Assembly (NCBI RefSeq): GCF_002113885.1
Contig: NW_018408761.1
Coordinates: 941,580 to 1,005,579 of the forward strand
DNA from: Mizuhopecten yessoensis
Lineage: Eukaryota
Reading direction: 5' to 3'
DNA: 64,000 nucleotides
This document shows positions 26,377 through 40,689 of the stretch, piece after piece; positions within the stretch are counted from its first letter, which is position 1; each line of letters starts with the position of its first letter. The position numbers and the translations under genes were made by a program. The notes below the pieces were generated by a model, which searched no databases, had not been told where the DNA came from, and saw only the letters and a program-made list of their open reading frames with translations.

Positions 26377-27689
26377 AAAAGATGCTATTCCTTTCAAAAC
26401 AATTGTTCTTATTTCCCTTTTTACTTTTTCTAGAGTAACCGTGTTAATGTCTTCTTTTCTCCATTTATTCCTATGTTTTACTCTTATGTACATGTTTGCT
26501 TTATAAATCATTGCTTTCAAATAGCTAAACAGCTAAAAACACAATTGATAGCCGATATCAACTGTTAAAACTGACCTTGATAGAATTATTAATATTCCTC
26601 AGATAAGATATAAGAAAATAACATACCTTGATAGTGTGATTGATATTTCCTTATATAATATATTACAAAAGGATATCTCCCAATGATATGTTTGTTAATT
26701 TACTCTGCTAAAATTTAAAAAGGCTGTTATCCCCTCTAAAATAGAAAAAAAAACGAAAGAACGACAGCTGTAGAAACGAAGCAAATATGAAAAGCTCAGA
26801 CTGATCTTGTAACTAACCGATGGATGCAAATAACATTCTAATTATATCTTGAATAATATCAAAACGTGTATCTACCTAAGATAGTTTGACTTTTGGAACA
26901 GAAAGGTCTACAATAGCACTAAACTGTTAAGATGCGATGAAATAAGGGCTTTTATATTTAAACTTTCAGTTATATATATTCCATTGAACAGTGAATCTGT
27001 ACAGTAAATGTGCTTTAACTGTGATATTACTGTCTGCATTATAACATTAATATTACACTGAAAACTATGCTTCAGAATTAACTGGCGTCGTACAGCTAAA
27101 TAGTCACGTGTTACATAGAATTGCATCGCTGGAGACTTCTGTCATACATGTTATGTAATGTGATAATGCTCTCTATATCCCTGTAGATAACAGCTCTTCC
27201 TCTTCTCGTTAATGGGTGATACTCGCACGCACCATTGTGCCTGGTTCTCAGCCAGATGTGCTGAAGGCAATTTGCCAAATTGTTATCTACAAACATATCA
27301 TCAACGTTAATGTTCTCTTGATAAGAAAGAATGCTTAGAGCTTATAACGCAAACAACAACATTGATGCGATATACACATGCCTGCGTTGCATGGCTATTT
27401 GCGTTGTTTTCATTGAATTAGTTTACCGACAGTTACCTGTCCGGCCCATCATCACGTTCTCTATTTCAGTTGATCGAGCGAAGGAAGTCGTTAGAGTAAT
27501 CCGTCAACATGACGCGACGTGTTTAATCAGGTGCCGTCACGTTATCCTGTAGCTATATAGCGACGTTGTCTGCCAGTATGTAACCCTGATATATTTTACT
27601 TTAATTGATTGTTGAGGTTCAAGTTCATGTCCAAATATAACGATAATGTGCTGTCTTTGAATAAAAAGAAATTCAATGACCACATCGAT

Positions 27690-28380
27690 CGTATATATAC
27701 ATACCACAGCGATTGAAATTAAGGACCCAACAGACTCCTCTACGTCAGCCGCTTTCCCCGATCGTTACTTACAGCATGACTAAAAGCGACGGTTTACTAT
27801 TAAGCTGGTCGATAAGCCGGACGATTTTGACTCTCTCATCGTGAATTTCCCTTTCTAGATAACAGTATCCAAGCTTCCCCTACCTACGGTGTTTACATGA
27901 GGCAGTTGATTCGGTACTTAAGGGCTTGCTCCAAATAGCATGACTTCCGTGCACACTTAAACCAAAGATGAAGATTATTGACAAGTTTTATAGACTCCAT
28001 TGGGATCTCGCAGGGAAATATGCTATTTCTTTGTGGGATATAAAGGTCAATATTTTGATTATGTTCATTTGAGTGCATTGTGATGTTGTTGCTACTACCC
28101 GATCATCGACCTGAGGACGTAGCATTGCTTGGATCCGACTTAGATTTATATGGCGGGTGTCGTCGATGAAGCAGAAGACGCTTACCCTTCTGGTCTTGTA
28201 CTTTTTAAAGGATTCCCATATAAAACTTTTCTTTGTTCTTTGTTTTCATTTTAAGTATGGTTTTGTTGACTCTTCGGAATTTCCTTTTTGTTTTTGCTTA
28301 CCAATATAGGTAGTACTTTCTTTCTTAAACTGCCTTTGTTATTGCTTACCATTGTGTTGTTTTTAAATTTTCTTTGAACT
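27690..28380 (+). mobile_element. Copy C of the dispersed element family. It is uninterrupted and serves as the reference for the SINE insertion site in copy B.
   Basis: It is collinear with 9655–10145 plus 10504–10560 over about 470 bp. Its 3' module is diverged (gtatggttttgttgactcttcggaatttcc). Confidence 0.65.
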
Positions 28381-30799
28381 TATTTCAACAAATTGCTAAA
28401 CACAAACTTAGAAAAAATACTAAATAAGGTGATATCCACATTGAAAAAGATGTTTTTTAATTTATACAATCAAGCTTTTCTTTAATGTAAGTAGTACTTT
28501 CTTTCTTAAACTGCCTTAAATCTTTGAGTTAAATATTATTTTACCTGGATAATATTCAGTATAATAACAGCATCACATAATTTATTGAAATGTAACATAA
28601 GTGAAATCGCTCATAACGTTACAATTAAGAATGAGATGGGATTTTCCTTCTGTGTTTGTTTTTTATTGTCAAACAAACTGTGTTATTTGACAGAATTCAG
28701 CTTATCGCAAGCGTGTAAAGGAATCCGAAATTCATACCAATTATTACATAATTTACACAAACAGTTGAATCTGCTCAGGAGAGTATCCTTTAAAGGGATT
28801 TTCTCTCTTTAGAGGGAGACATTCATCCTTCCCACAAACAGTTTACTATCAACAATGTATTAAGAAACCATCTATGTAGAGAAACTGTGTTAACCTTCCC
28901 CTGGGTCGCTGGTTATTACTGATATGGCTGTATATGGATATTTAAACCCGCACTTAAGCTACAAGCACAAATCTAAAACCGTTAAATACGCCTATAATAC
29001 TATAACCCATATGATAAATCAATGCCGTGTGTCGAGCATTTTTAAGAGTATTAAATTATTGATAAAGATATCATCTTTGAACAGTCAAGGGCTCGTACCG
29101 ATCGCTATGTACATATACCTTATTATTTAGTAAGAGTCAAGTGGCTCTGTTTCCAAGTACACACGTGTTATATTCATAATCACCTCTTTATCTAATTAAT
29201 AAGTTTGGTCCTAGAATAAGTTATATATGCACTTTACATAAAACATATAGCATGTGAAAGGAATACTGGGCGAAATCAAAAATAAATTTATTATATTTTC
29301 ACCAGATAAAAATGTCGACTTATCAGTATGATAACAGTGTCAATTGGACTACAGTCAGCAAGCAAAGTGATATGCAACTGTAGTTAAGATATGAACAAAA
29401 TTCATATTTTCACTGATGAGGATATAAAGTTTCTCATGATTTAACGCATTCACGACCAATCCAATATGGCACCATATCGTATTTTAACCGGTCAAGGACA
29501 ATTGCCTTTATTTCATTCATTATTAAATCTGGACAGTCAATCACATGACTGAAATATATCACGGAAACCTTCGCGTCACGATACATGTTTCCGAGATAAG
29601 TCCATTACATCATATCTCCCAACGAGAGAACATAACACGGTGCAGTTCCCGGGATCGTCTTTTATGCTGTCAGAAGCCAGAAATGTTTATATTCCACATT
29701 TATCAGAATTTCCGTCTATTTTATAGTTTATATTACCATACTAAGTGAAGTATAGAAAAGTAAGACCTGTCTCCACACATTTTTTTTCTGTTTGCCAGAT
29801 GTAGATCTGTAATTTTGACAGAAATCGTGAACATGATAAATCTGACGAATTATTGGGTGTGCCGTTAATAACTGAGTATAAAATCGATTAAATACGAATT
29901 GGATTCTGTCAAAGTTGCAGTTGGTGTCTTTTTTAGATGCCACATTTCTGGAAAATTGAAAACAAACATAAAATTTGATTACATGGTTTCCTGTTAAAAA
30001 CATATATATTTATCGTGTATGACAATTTGTTATATTTCAAGAGTGAGAAATACGGTCCTTTATATTGCAAGCATACTCTTAACCTCAAATTTGATATCCA
30101 TTAGCATCGTATTGTAAGGATATTTATGTATAAATTCCATCAACTGCATGAACATTTCATACGACGATTTATTACTTTTTAGTTAAATGGGAGCAACGCC
30201 ATTAAACTCGAAATGGTTGAGAATGGGCGATAACACCAGGAAAGGTAATTTCTGTCTGACATTAGAAATCATCGAAAGTTAAAATTACGACTGCTCATGT
30301 GAATATTAATTTCCAATTTTACAACTTCCCATATATCAACACATAAATAACAAAAGATAAATATTCATACTACCGAGCTCAAACAATTTTACGAAATGAC
30401 AACGTAAATAACAGGTAGAGAAACAACCGTCACGATTCCGTGAAATCCACGTTCATATTATGTGATTAATGGCCCTAGATAAAGAGGAAGTCACTGCGAT
30501 CTTAGAGCTCGTTATGACATAAGCGTAAACTGTAAGCTTCGTAGATCGACGCTTTTGAAGTCTGATTCACCGCGAAAGTAGTTTGATAGGATAGGCAACA
30601 AGGTGAATCAGACAAGAGAATTACAGATTACGTAACAGTATTCAAAGATAACTATGCGTGTAAAGACACAATTATATCAAATAAACTTTGTTAATTGCCA
30701 TAAACAAATCAATATATAAATATTGATGTTATACGAGAACGTCAGTTTCTACCCAAACTTTGAATGTCATTCTTCATCTTTGTTGATGTTACAGCAGGT

Positions 30800-31190
30800 C
30801 TCATTTTTGAAATGCTTTAGCGTCCACATAAAGGAACAATGATCAGAATGTGTCCCGTGAAGTCCATACAAAGGGACACAGTTATATATGTGTATGTCAC
30901 AGCGTCAACATAAAGGAACAAAATAACAAAACTTATCCCATGGTGTTTGCACAAAATGATTTAATGATAAAAATATATAAACAAAACTTTCAACAAAAAA
31001 GGAGAAGATAATAAAAATAAGTGCTTAGCATCCACACAAAGGACAAAATAAAACAGCAATTCCTCAGTGGCCAAACAAATGGAAACAATAAATGATGAAT
31101 CCCTTTGCGTCCAAACAAATAGACAAAATAAAAAATGAATCGCTTTGCGTCCACACAATTGGACAAAATTAAAAATTAATATTTTAGAAC
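30800..31190. repeat. Degenerate minisatellite related to the 31-bp family at 40.7–41.6 kb (gcgtccacataaaggaacaa / gcgtccaaacaaatagacaaaat variants).
   Basis: Recurring gcgtcca.acaaa.ggacaaaat words resemble the 40.7-kb unit. Confidence 0.5.
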
Positions 31191-34100
31191 TCAAATTTTC
31201 CACGAAGAGGCACTAGGTGGATCCCAAAGCAAACGGAAAAGCATCACTAACTAAAAATCAGAGGAGAATGCAATAAATAAAATATTTAAATGGAATTTCT
31301 TTTTTTCATGTAAAGTTCAACTTGAAACGTCATAGCATTTGCTTGTAGCATACACACGTGTGAGTACATACATTAATGTCCATTAGTGGTAAACTTAAAA
31401 CGTATAAAGATATCAATATTTACTATACTCCATTATTGTTATACATTGAATTAATGTGGACAAAATCCTATTTTGGCTATTGTAATGGATATTTCGCAAG
31501 ATGTTTTTTCTCAGATCGCGGCTTTAAAAAGCCTGATTTAGTTACTCGCAGTGTATTTCTGTTGTTTCTTTTCTCATATAGATCTTCTATAAAAGATATA
31601 AACGGTTGTCCTTATGTCCTAATCACAGTTATGCCCTGTTTCGGATTCTTGCTGGCCTATATACTTTCCTGGTTCGGAGAGAAAGCATCATGACCAGTGA
31701 CACTTATGGCGCAGGAAACCTAGTACTATTACCGAGTAAAGTTTTATATTTATCACAGCACTTGTATCGTTAAGGAGGTACCAAGTGCTCATGTTGCCAT
31801 TGCACAGAATGTATAGGATTCCTCTAAAAGTGCGTCTCACACTTAACGAGATATATAATGCACGGTGAAGTAACTTAAACTCACACTAGCAGAAGTACAC
31901 ATGTTCAGTCAGTGCGAATAAGATTATCACGACAGCAAGGTAATGACACTCGTATCGCACTCAGCCAGTCATTTTAGAGGCCATTCAACCATTGCAGCTT
32001 TAGTATTGCCGAATAAAAATGCGTTATGCGTATGTCTTGTGAACCTATTATAATAAGTAGGTTACACGTTAAAGTACACGACGTCAATGGCTGGTCGTCC
32101 AGGTCATATCCTCTGTGGTTATTAGTGTTACTCTTTCAATGTACTTTAAACATCTTATATTTCGCTTGGTGTAATACTATAGTATTGGAAATAGTGAATA
32201 ATTGTCAGCAGATCCTCTCGTGTTACATGTAGATGATAATTTTGTCCTTCGCCATCGCCTCTTTATATTATGTGTCTCTCTTTCCCTTGTGGATGTGTTC
32301 ATTGTATCAAGGGGCTTAGTGGCTCACAGTTATTGCCTTTGTCTGAGGTATATGCCTCGTAATCAGAGCTTTGAAGATTATACCTTGTGATATATGCTTT
32401 AGCAATATCAGCAACTTAACTTTCAGTACAAATAAGTACTGTAGAAGACTGAATGTCATTTATGAAATTTCGCGGCCTTTCTGGACGCTAACATCCTTCC
32501 TTTAATGATTTCGTTGACAACAACTAAGTGTGACATGGTCAGCAAAATGGTCATCAGATTGACATCCCTTACCATCATGCAGACCCGTATATACTGCCGC
32601 AATATTCCACCTTGAAATATCCGAACTGTCTTCCCTTGTGATGATCACTGTGTATGGCCATTGGTGTGGGTAGCTTCTGTCAAATACTGCAGTTACTTAT
32701 GCAACTGGCGAGCAAATTGCGATAAGATACAACTATAATTTTGTATCGTCAACACTAGCAGCCTAAGTTCTGTTTTCGAAGTGTTTATTAATTTATTCTA
32801 CCAAGTCTGACATGTTCAAGGATTTCGAAGCCTCTATGTGTTAACTGAGCTAAACTTTAGTACAAACGCGTGAACGAAGTCTAAGTTATCATCAGAATGA
32901 CCATTTCCCGAGAGGATATGAAATCTCCGGTAGACAGTTTTTCACCAAGCGGCAGTTTAAGGACATTTATTTAAGGAGAACAACTGATTTTGAAAGACTA
33001 GGCGTCATCGTCTTATCGACATTGATATCCTCGTAAGACTTTAATTTATCCGTCGAGATTGCACATGGACGGACACATCCAGCGGTACAGCTTGTTAAAA
33101 AAAGAATGTGTGTGAGGAGGACATGCTATTTATGTTCATCAGATGGAAGATGTTTTTGTCATTCATTCTATAGTAGTTGACATGTTGGTGTCGTCGGACT
33201 TAACAAAGGTTACTCGCTTTGTTCTCATGAAAGCCATCTTGCTAATATTATTCTGTACATTTGTAACATGCTTTAGCTTACCTGCTAACGATGAAGGTAA
33301 GATTAATTGATTTACATTGAAGCCGCAGACTGTAATTGGTAAAGAAAATCGTAGAGGAAAAAGGTTGGACAACAGGAAAACTGCTGATTAACGGAGCTGA
33401 TTAACGGAGCTTTATTGTACAGGAATTTAGCAAAATGTAAAACAAATATATTCGTCGTTTTGCTGGAGACAATTAGGAAACCAGATTCTTTTCTTAAATT
33501 GATTTCGCATATCTAAAGTAGATTGGTGCTTTTCGATTTCATTATTGACATTCGCTTACCATTACGTAAGCTGATAGATGATCATTAATCGATTTTCTAC
33601 TCACATAATCACCGCAACTACCATATTCCATTTACATTTATATGCCAGGTCAAGCAGCACATGTATTTTTAAGACCAAGTACATAATGTAACGCAATTTC
33701 TTCGTTATTATTTAAACACGGATTCTTTATTTTTTGGGTTTGTTTTCAAATCACAACAAACGAGGATTTATCACACTCGCCAGTTATCTCTGTGGTGCTA
33801 TACTATAAAGAAATGTAGCTTATTTCAAAAACCATGCGTACCTACGGTATCCTTAGACTAGACATAGATGATATTGTGACTGGAATCATTCATTAACCAG
33901 ACAAAACTTTTGGGTAGAAGTAACAAATTCAGGTCAGTTTTCAAGCTGTTTTCGCGATAAAGGCTCAGGAGTGATGACAGACAAACGACGGTTAACGTGA
34001 ATCCGTTAATCTGTGTATTACCATTGTAATGCATTTACCAGTTTGTTCTTCAGTGTTTGTAAACTTATATCAATGATACATAAATGTATTTCTATTGCAA

Positions 34101-36404
34101 TAGTCCTCATTCATATTATACCGCTGGCCTATAGTCTCACTAAACCTGGTTGTCAATTTATCAACGTAAATGGTAGAAGTTCTATTTCAATCTTTATCCA
34201 GCTAATGATGTTTAATTAATTGAAATATCTATGTCACGTTTGTGATCTAAAATAGGTATTGAATTACACTTGTTCAAAGAGGTAGCTAATAAAAGTCATT
34301 TTCAATTTGTTTCCTTCTTGCATGTCATTGAAAAGATTAGAATATGCCACCTCTTGCTTATCTGTTGATATTTTCTTCTACCTTAAAAACTTTCTTTGAT
34401 ATTTTGGATATTTGCTTATTTCAGAGTGACGTATAAATATCGCAAGGGTAGAGAATTGATGTTCAACAAACAAAACAGGTGGATTTTGCAGCCCTAAATT
34501 GTGTCAGAAGGTAGGATATCTTGGGGGGGGGGGAGTTATTTTCCTGACGTCAGTTTAACTGGCTAATAGTTGGTAGGCCTTTTGATGTAAAGGTCATTGC
34601 TATTTTTCTTTGAGGTGTCGGTCTGTCCCTGCTAGTACATGTAGTATCCACTGATCTGTCACTATGGGCTCATTTTCTTTCGTTATTGTAAGGGTGTCCA
34701 CCCCCGAGCCATTTTTAGTGTTTTACTTCAGTGAACGATTTCCACATGCAGATGAAATATTTTAATAATTGTCTTAGAAGGCTGCATTATGCCAGTAAGT
34801 TGTATAAAAAAAAATGTTAGCTGATGATGCAAGAGTTTTTGTTGGGTTTGCCGTCGGAGCATTGTTTATTGATGACCCAAAGGAGATAGCCAAGGATGCC
34901 GTCTCCAAGGTACTTTTCATATTGTACTTTTGACATGCGATGTTGTTTCTGATTCATATTTCATTACTTTTGAAATTGTATTTCTTGATGTAGGTGTGTG
35001 AGTCGTGTGTGTGGGTAGTTTCACTCCTACAAACAACAGAAATAAAACGTTATCTTTCATTCCTCGATTTCTAACAAGGGAAGACTACCGAATTTTCTTA
35101 CTTTATCGCATATTTCAGGGAATTCCTTAAAAAAAAACAATATTTTGTCTTATCAACCTTTAAGAGTTTGAGTGAAATCATCCCGATTTCCTTGTTAATA
35201 TACTCAAAACACGTAAAGAATTATCCTGTGTACTAATACCGACACCTGAAGCGGTCAACGAAACTGATAACACAGCGTCATTAACGAGGACATAAGTAGT
35301 CCGTCATAGCTAATAAAAACAAAAACTTACCCTTCAGAAGACGAACAATTTTTACTTATACAGCATTGTCTTCCTAAACAATAAACCTAATAGTTAATAT
35401 TGACTGCTGTCTCTGTAGCACGGACACGTTTTGCCTTTATTTGAGTAGTTATATATTAGCTTAAAGAACTTCGTTATTATGGTTATTGACAGGTTCACTA
35501 CTTTCTCTATATGGAATAAGGAATCAATATGTAAAATGTAAAAATCCATTGAAAATTAATAGCATTTCAACCAACTATCAATTTTTACTTTTTTTTTTCT
35601 TCAAAAAAAAAGTGACAAAATTATAACAGAAGTGATGTTTTTTGTGACTGTCTATCCCCAATGTAATATGCCGTCTTTGTTAAAATTGTTATGCAGGCCA
35701 TCTTATTGCATTTCCGGTGTTCGTGACTTCATTATTTCATGTAAAGTGTTATGGTAAGATTAATTCTATCACTATCGGATTTCAGTATTTGTTATGACTT
35801 TCACAAAAGATAATAATAACATTTTTAACAGCTTATTGAAGACAACGTTCGTTATACGTGAAACATGAACAAACAGTCGCCGTTATGATCGAATAAATGT
35901 AAATAGTGAATATAATTACGACAAAAGTTGTATAAATTATCATAGTAAACGTATTTTATTTTTATTAAAAAAAATCTTTTAGACAAGGTAAAAAGCAAAT
36001 TTTCTTGACCTGTAACCCTACACAATTAGTCCCTATTCATAACGGTGTTTTAAATTATTAGGGGTCAAATCACAATGGCTCATTAAATAACCACTTTAGT
36101 GCTATTTATCAATACATGCAAAGAATATATCATACAGTTAAAAGATTATGAATGAGTGACTATAAAGGATATGATCAGAAGGTGGGTGCTGCTAAACCTT
36201 GTCTCTATGACCTATTGTATAACAACCGAGCTATTTACGTGGTGTTTGCATGACAGCAGATAGTATGCACACACTTCATATAGCGTAAGGCAAAAATTTA
36301 TATCAAAGCAATATTCAAGTCACGAAAAGCTGTGATGTATAGCATTATGTAGAACATAATTGACTGTGTACAAAACATCACTAGTGTAGTGCTACTACGG
36401 TAAC

Positions 36405-36750
36405 CGACTTGGTCGATTCCATACAACACCGGTTTAGGATACATTGTTATAGGCTTGTTCGGTTCCATACAAAACCGGTTTAGGATACATTGTTACAGAC
36501 ATGGTCGATTCCATACAACACCGGTTTAGGATACATTGTTATAGACATGGTCGATTTCATATAACACCGGTTTAGGATATATTGTTACAGACATGGTCGA
36601 TTCCATACAACACCGGTTTAGGATACGTTGTTATAGACATGGTCGATTTCATACAACACCGGTTTAGAATGCATTGTTACAGACTTGGTCGATTCCATAC
36701 AACACCGGTTTAGCATACATTGTTATAGACTTGGTCGATTCTATGCAACA
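36405..36750. repeat. Tandem repeat of about 7.5 copies of a 46-bp unit (ggtcgattccatacaacaccggtttaggatacattgttatagacat).
   Basis: Direct 46-bp periodicity. The monomer contains a tRNA T-loop-like GGTCGATTCC word. Confidence 0.9.
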
Positions 36751-39362
36751 TTTATACACTGGGGATCCTTTACAAATTCCCATTTCCATAAGTGTATTTT
36801 TTTTATAAAATTACCTTCAAATGGAGTTTTATAAACTGAAAAAATATCAAAGGGCATGAGAACGAGTTTAATGTCCTTTTTGTCATAGGTTTAACTAATG
36901 TATATGAAATTGGTTTGTTGTGATATTTACATTGTGACGTCACAATCGGTGATATTACACAGGAGAGCATTAGTGATGTTGTTAGTACACTATCTAACAG
37001 CCTGAGTATATAACATGTCTTTTGTCTTCAATACCTGATGTCAAAATCGACTGTCAAACAAATAATGTAACCTCCAAGATGGCGTTCTGTCTGAAAACGC
37101 TTTACTGAATTAGTATTCAGCATGCTACATCTGATAGAAACCGACACAACTTTGCATGGCATTTGCTTGGTACACAACGTACTAAAGAAGATAATAAATC
37201 ATCTGCTTTAGGTTAAACGCCTCAGAATATAATTTTTGGTTCTTATCAGCGTAAGGCCATAGTTTGTAAAGCAAGGGTTATAGAGCATTTGTTATGTTCT
37301 TGTTTAACAATACACCTTTACAGCCATGAATTGTGACCAGTGGTCTATTCAATGAATAAGGAATTCGTTAAATATGTCAAAAAGTGTAGGAGTGTTTTGG
37401 AGGATGGTGTAGGTGAATTTTTGTTAATCATATTGCTACTTCTACCAATAAATACATCAGATATATTGTATATAAATAAGACACAAATACAAAGGGGTGT
37501 ATTGACATATGTAACATTCCATTAAATAAAGACTATTTTGTAAATTAAATTAAAACAATAAGTATCATTGTACATGTAAACCCGGTTTGAATAATAATTT
37601 ACTTGTTCAAGGAAACAATTACGGTCGACCGTCTCCATGAGTACAATTAACACAAAGCATCTATATCAAGTAACGTTTATTTGTTCAAAACAAACATTAG
37701 AACTATGAAGTCGTGCAAACGATAATTTAATCAATCGTAGCTTGCAGGTTTTAAGTATTCTTAATCATTAACTTTTATTACAAAGACCTAACCCGTAGAT
37801 ATATTAAAAATGGCGTCTCCTGCCCACAACAGAGGCAACAGCTAGGAGTTGGATCATAGGTGTATGTTGTGTATCGGAGGTAGTGGTCTTGTAGGCTGTG
37901 TATGTGGTGTAGTCGGGCAGCCGGGGAAGGCAGTAGCCAGTATTTCTGGTACACTGTGATCATACACAGCTGCCCGACAGACTTGATCACGTGACCTGTA
38001 ATAAACACTCCGGTAACAGCTAAATTCCATCGATCTTCTGCACGCCGTAATATACCTCTACTTGCAAAATCTGGGTCACGCTCCAAAAAATGGCCGCCGC
38101 TATATTTTATTTCCTGCGTTTTATTTCCTATATCTTTTCTTCGTCAATAAAGAATACTATCTACTCCCAAACATCTCATTCAACAGCGATTTTAACAAAT
38201 TTTCAAACTGTCTGTCTAAATCAGTGATACGAGGTTTAGTTATGATGATAGAGGCACGTTTTCTATAACAATGTTTTAGTTTATAGGACATCATTTTGTT
38301 TACGTTATAGTCTGTTTCTTTATTTTAACAATGTCTTTCATTGTTATTTCGGCATTACATATGTGTTTCTATTGCTGATAATTATAATAATTATGTGAAC
38401 TTATAACAGTGTCCTTCAAGTAAAATCGTCTGTCTTTGTATTGTAGGTAATTAATCACACCAACATGTTTGATTCATTCTGACAAAGATTAATGATGTTT
38501 AAATGTACATCAGAGAATTACAGTTATCTGTTGAATAGCTTACGTGTAGACCGTACTCTTAGAGATTGTGTAAACGTTTGTTTATTGTTTCGTCTGTAAT
38601 TATATATGTATATACTTTAGCGTTGGTAGCATGACAGATTTGTAATGTATTTGTTGACAATATGCTGGTAAAAGCCTACACGATCTCACCAGTACAATGT
38701 AAACTTTAGTTCCGGTTCTTAGTCCTAGTTTCACTATATATATATATAATTTTGTAATACTATCACCATTTAAGCCACTAACACTCGTCAATGACTCATG
38801 AACAAGTACATGACTCAAGTACAATACATTAACTACACAAAACAGAAACGCTAGTTCTGGGCTCCTTACAATGGTTGATATACTACTTACATTAAAGGGT
38901 AACAGCTAATTCTGATCTCATTATAATGTTTGCATTGCTATCAACATAAAATAGTAACACTGGTAAAGAATACGAACACAAATGACTTACTGACAATGAA
39001 GCGTAAGTTGTGAAGATACAGCATTATAACCGGAGCCAATGACATTGTTTGAGAACATTAAATGAAATGTTTTGCATTTGTCCATTGACCTTTTATCTTA
39101 CACTTGCTAACAAACGGATTTTGTTATGGAAAGTATCAACAAAATAATTGAGTCATGTTATCAAACAAGAGTGATTGTCATCTCTTGTAGTATTATTGTC
39201 ATCTCTTGTAATATTACACATTTAAGAGGCATTACATGGCATTTCGCATTACTACAAAACTAAACAATACCCTAGATTAAAAACATTTTTTATCGAAACA
39301 AGCCCAAGAGAATATCTAAGTTACATGAAGATGCTTACAAAAGGGCAAGGAAATTAAGACCA

Positions 39363-39624
39363 GGGCCCGTATTCATGAAACCGTTCTCATGCTCAAACAT
39401 GTTTTTTCTGCTCAAGCCTAATGTCTTGTTCTGTTTATAAATAAATAATAAAATCTTATTTTGTCAACAATTTTGGTTAAAAACTTAAAGCCAGATACTG
39501 TTTTCAGTGTTTACATGAGACTTTTTGATCGTTTGACATGATTTAAGGAAGTTACAAGAAAGTTGGTTTGAGCACATAATCTATGCTTGAGCATGAGAAC
39601 GACTTGATGAATACGGGACCATGT
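39363..39624. mobile_element. MITE-like element about 260 bp long with ~36-bp terminal inverted repeats (GGCCCGTATTCATGAAACCGTTCTCATGCTCAAAC).
   Basis: The reverse complement of 39585–39622 (gcttgagcatgagaacgacttgatgaatacgggacc) matches 39365–39400. Confidence 0.6.
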
Positions 39625-40689
39625 GTTCCGGAAGGGTAGGCGTCTTACTGTTTTATTATCTTTATTAATAACTTACTAATAATGGTTAACACTCTTTGGT
39701 AGTGTTCTGACAAACGTCAATTTCTATCCTATAACAATATATATCTATATATGGAAACATCTTAATTCAAAGATCAATCCTTATCGTTTGATAAGTTTCC
39801 TTTAAAAGAGTTATTGATATTTGAATTTCGAAATTCCCCTTCGTGACGGAAAAAAATACAGCATTTCTTTTTAATCAGTGTACGAAAACACAGGGAAATA
39901 TCCAGTTTACAACACATAACCTGCGTTTCTTTAATAATAAAATTACATCAGCGATTCAGGAGGTGAGGTCAAAATGTTATAGAAAAGGAAGGAACCAAGT
40001 ACATATATAGAAGTGATCAGTGCTGAGTCCTTATTGAAAGTGAAAGGTGAAAAAAAGTGGCTTTTAATATTTGTGCAGTGGTTTCATATTTTTTAAATAA
40101 CCAACCAATTTCTGCAAATTATTTACAAATCATTGCATTTTTTATATTAATTTCACAGTGTAATTACAAATATTGACAATAGACTTAATTCTACTTTGTC
40201 GTGATATCTTTTACATCATTGTTATTGCCCGTTTTTAAGTGGCTGGGGATGCCATTTTTGAATAAAGTTACCTTTATTACCTGAAAGACATGCAATTGTG
40301 TAATTTACCTAGAGGACTGATACAATAGTTCATTTCACGCACATTAACCATCTATAGAGTTTGGCTACAAAGGCGTGTGCAGTGTATAATGAATTCAAAA
40401 AACACTTCAAAAACCATATCTTAACCTATTGTGTAACATTTCTAGGTAAAAAAACGTGTCATTGTGAACATCAGAGCCATTAATTGTATCCTAACGAATC
40501 GACGTAATCGAAGCAAGATAAATAGAATGTTTCACTGTGTCGCTATGCAGCAAGATATTTCAATATTATTATTACACATGATGTAGATTGATTAACTTTA
40601 CAATGGCTTCTGTTAAAACATAATAATGGGATTTTTTCGATTTGCGCTGAGTGTCTGGTTGCAAAATTCCTGTGAGTATTGTATTGTAA

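Noticed and set aside
37778-38086. 102-aa minus-strand ORF in the GC-rich island.
   Set aside because: It is a consequence of local GC richness and has no recognisable domain or start context. The island is discussed as a possible regulatory element instead.
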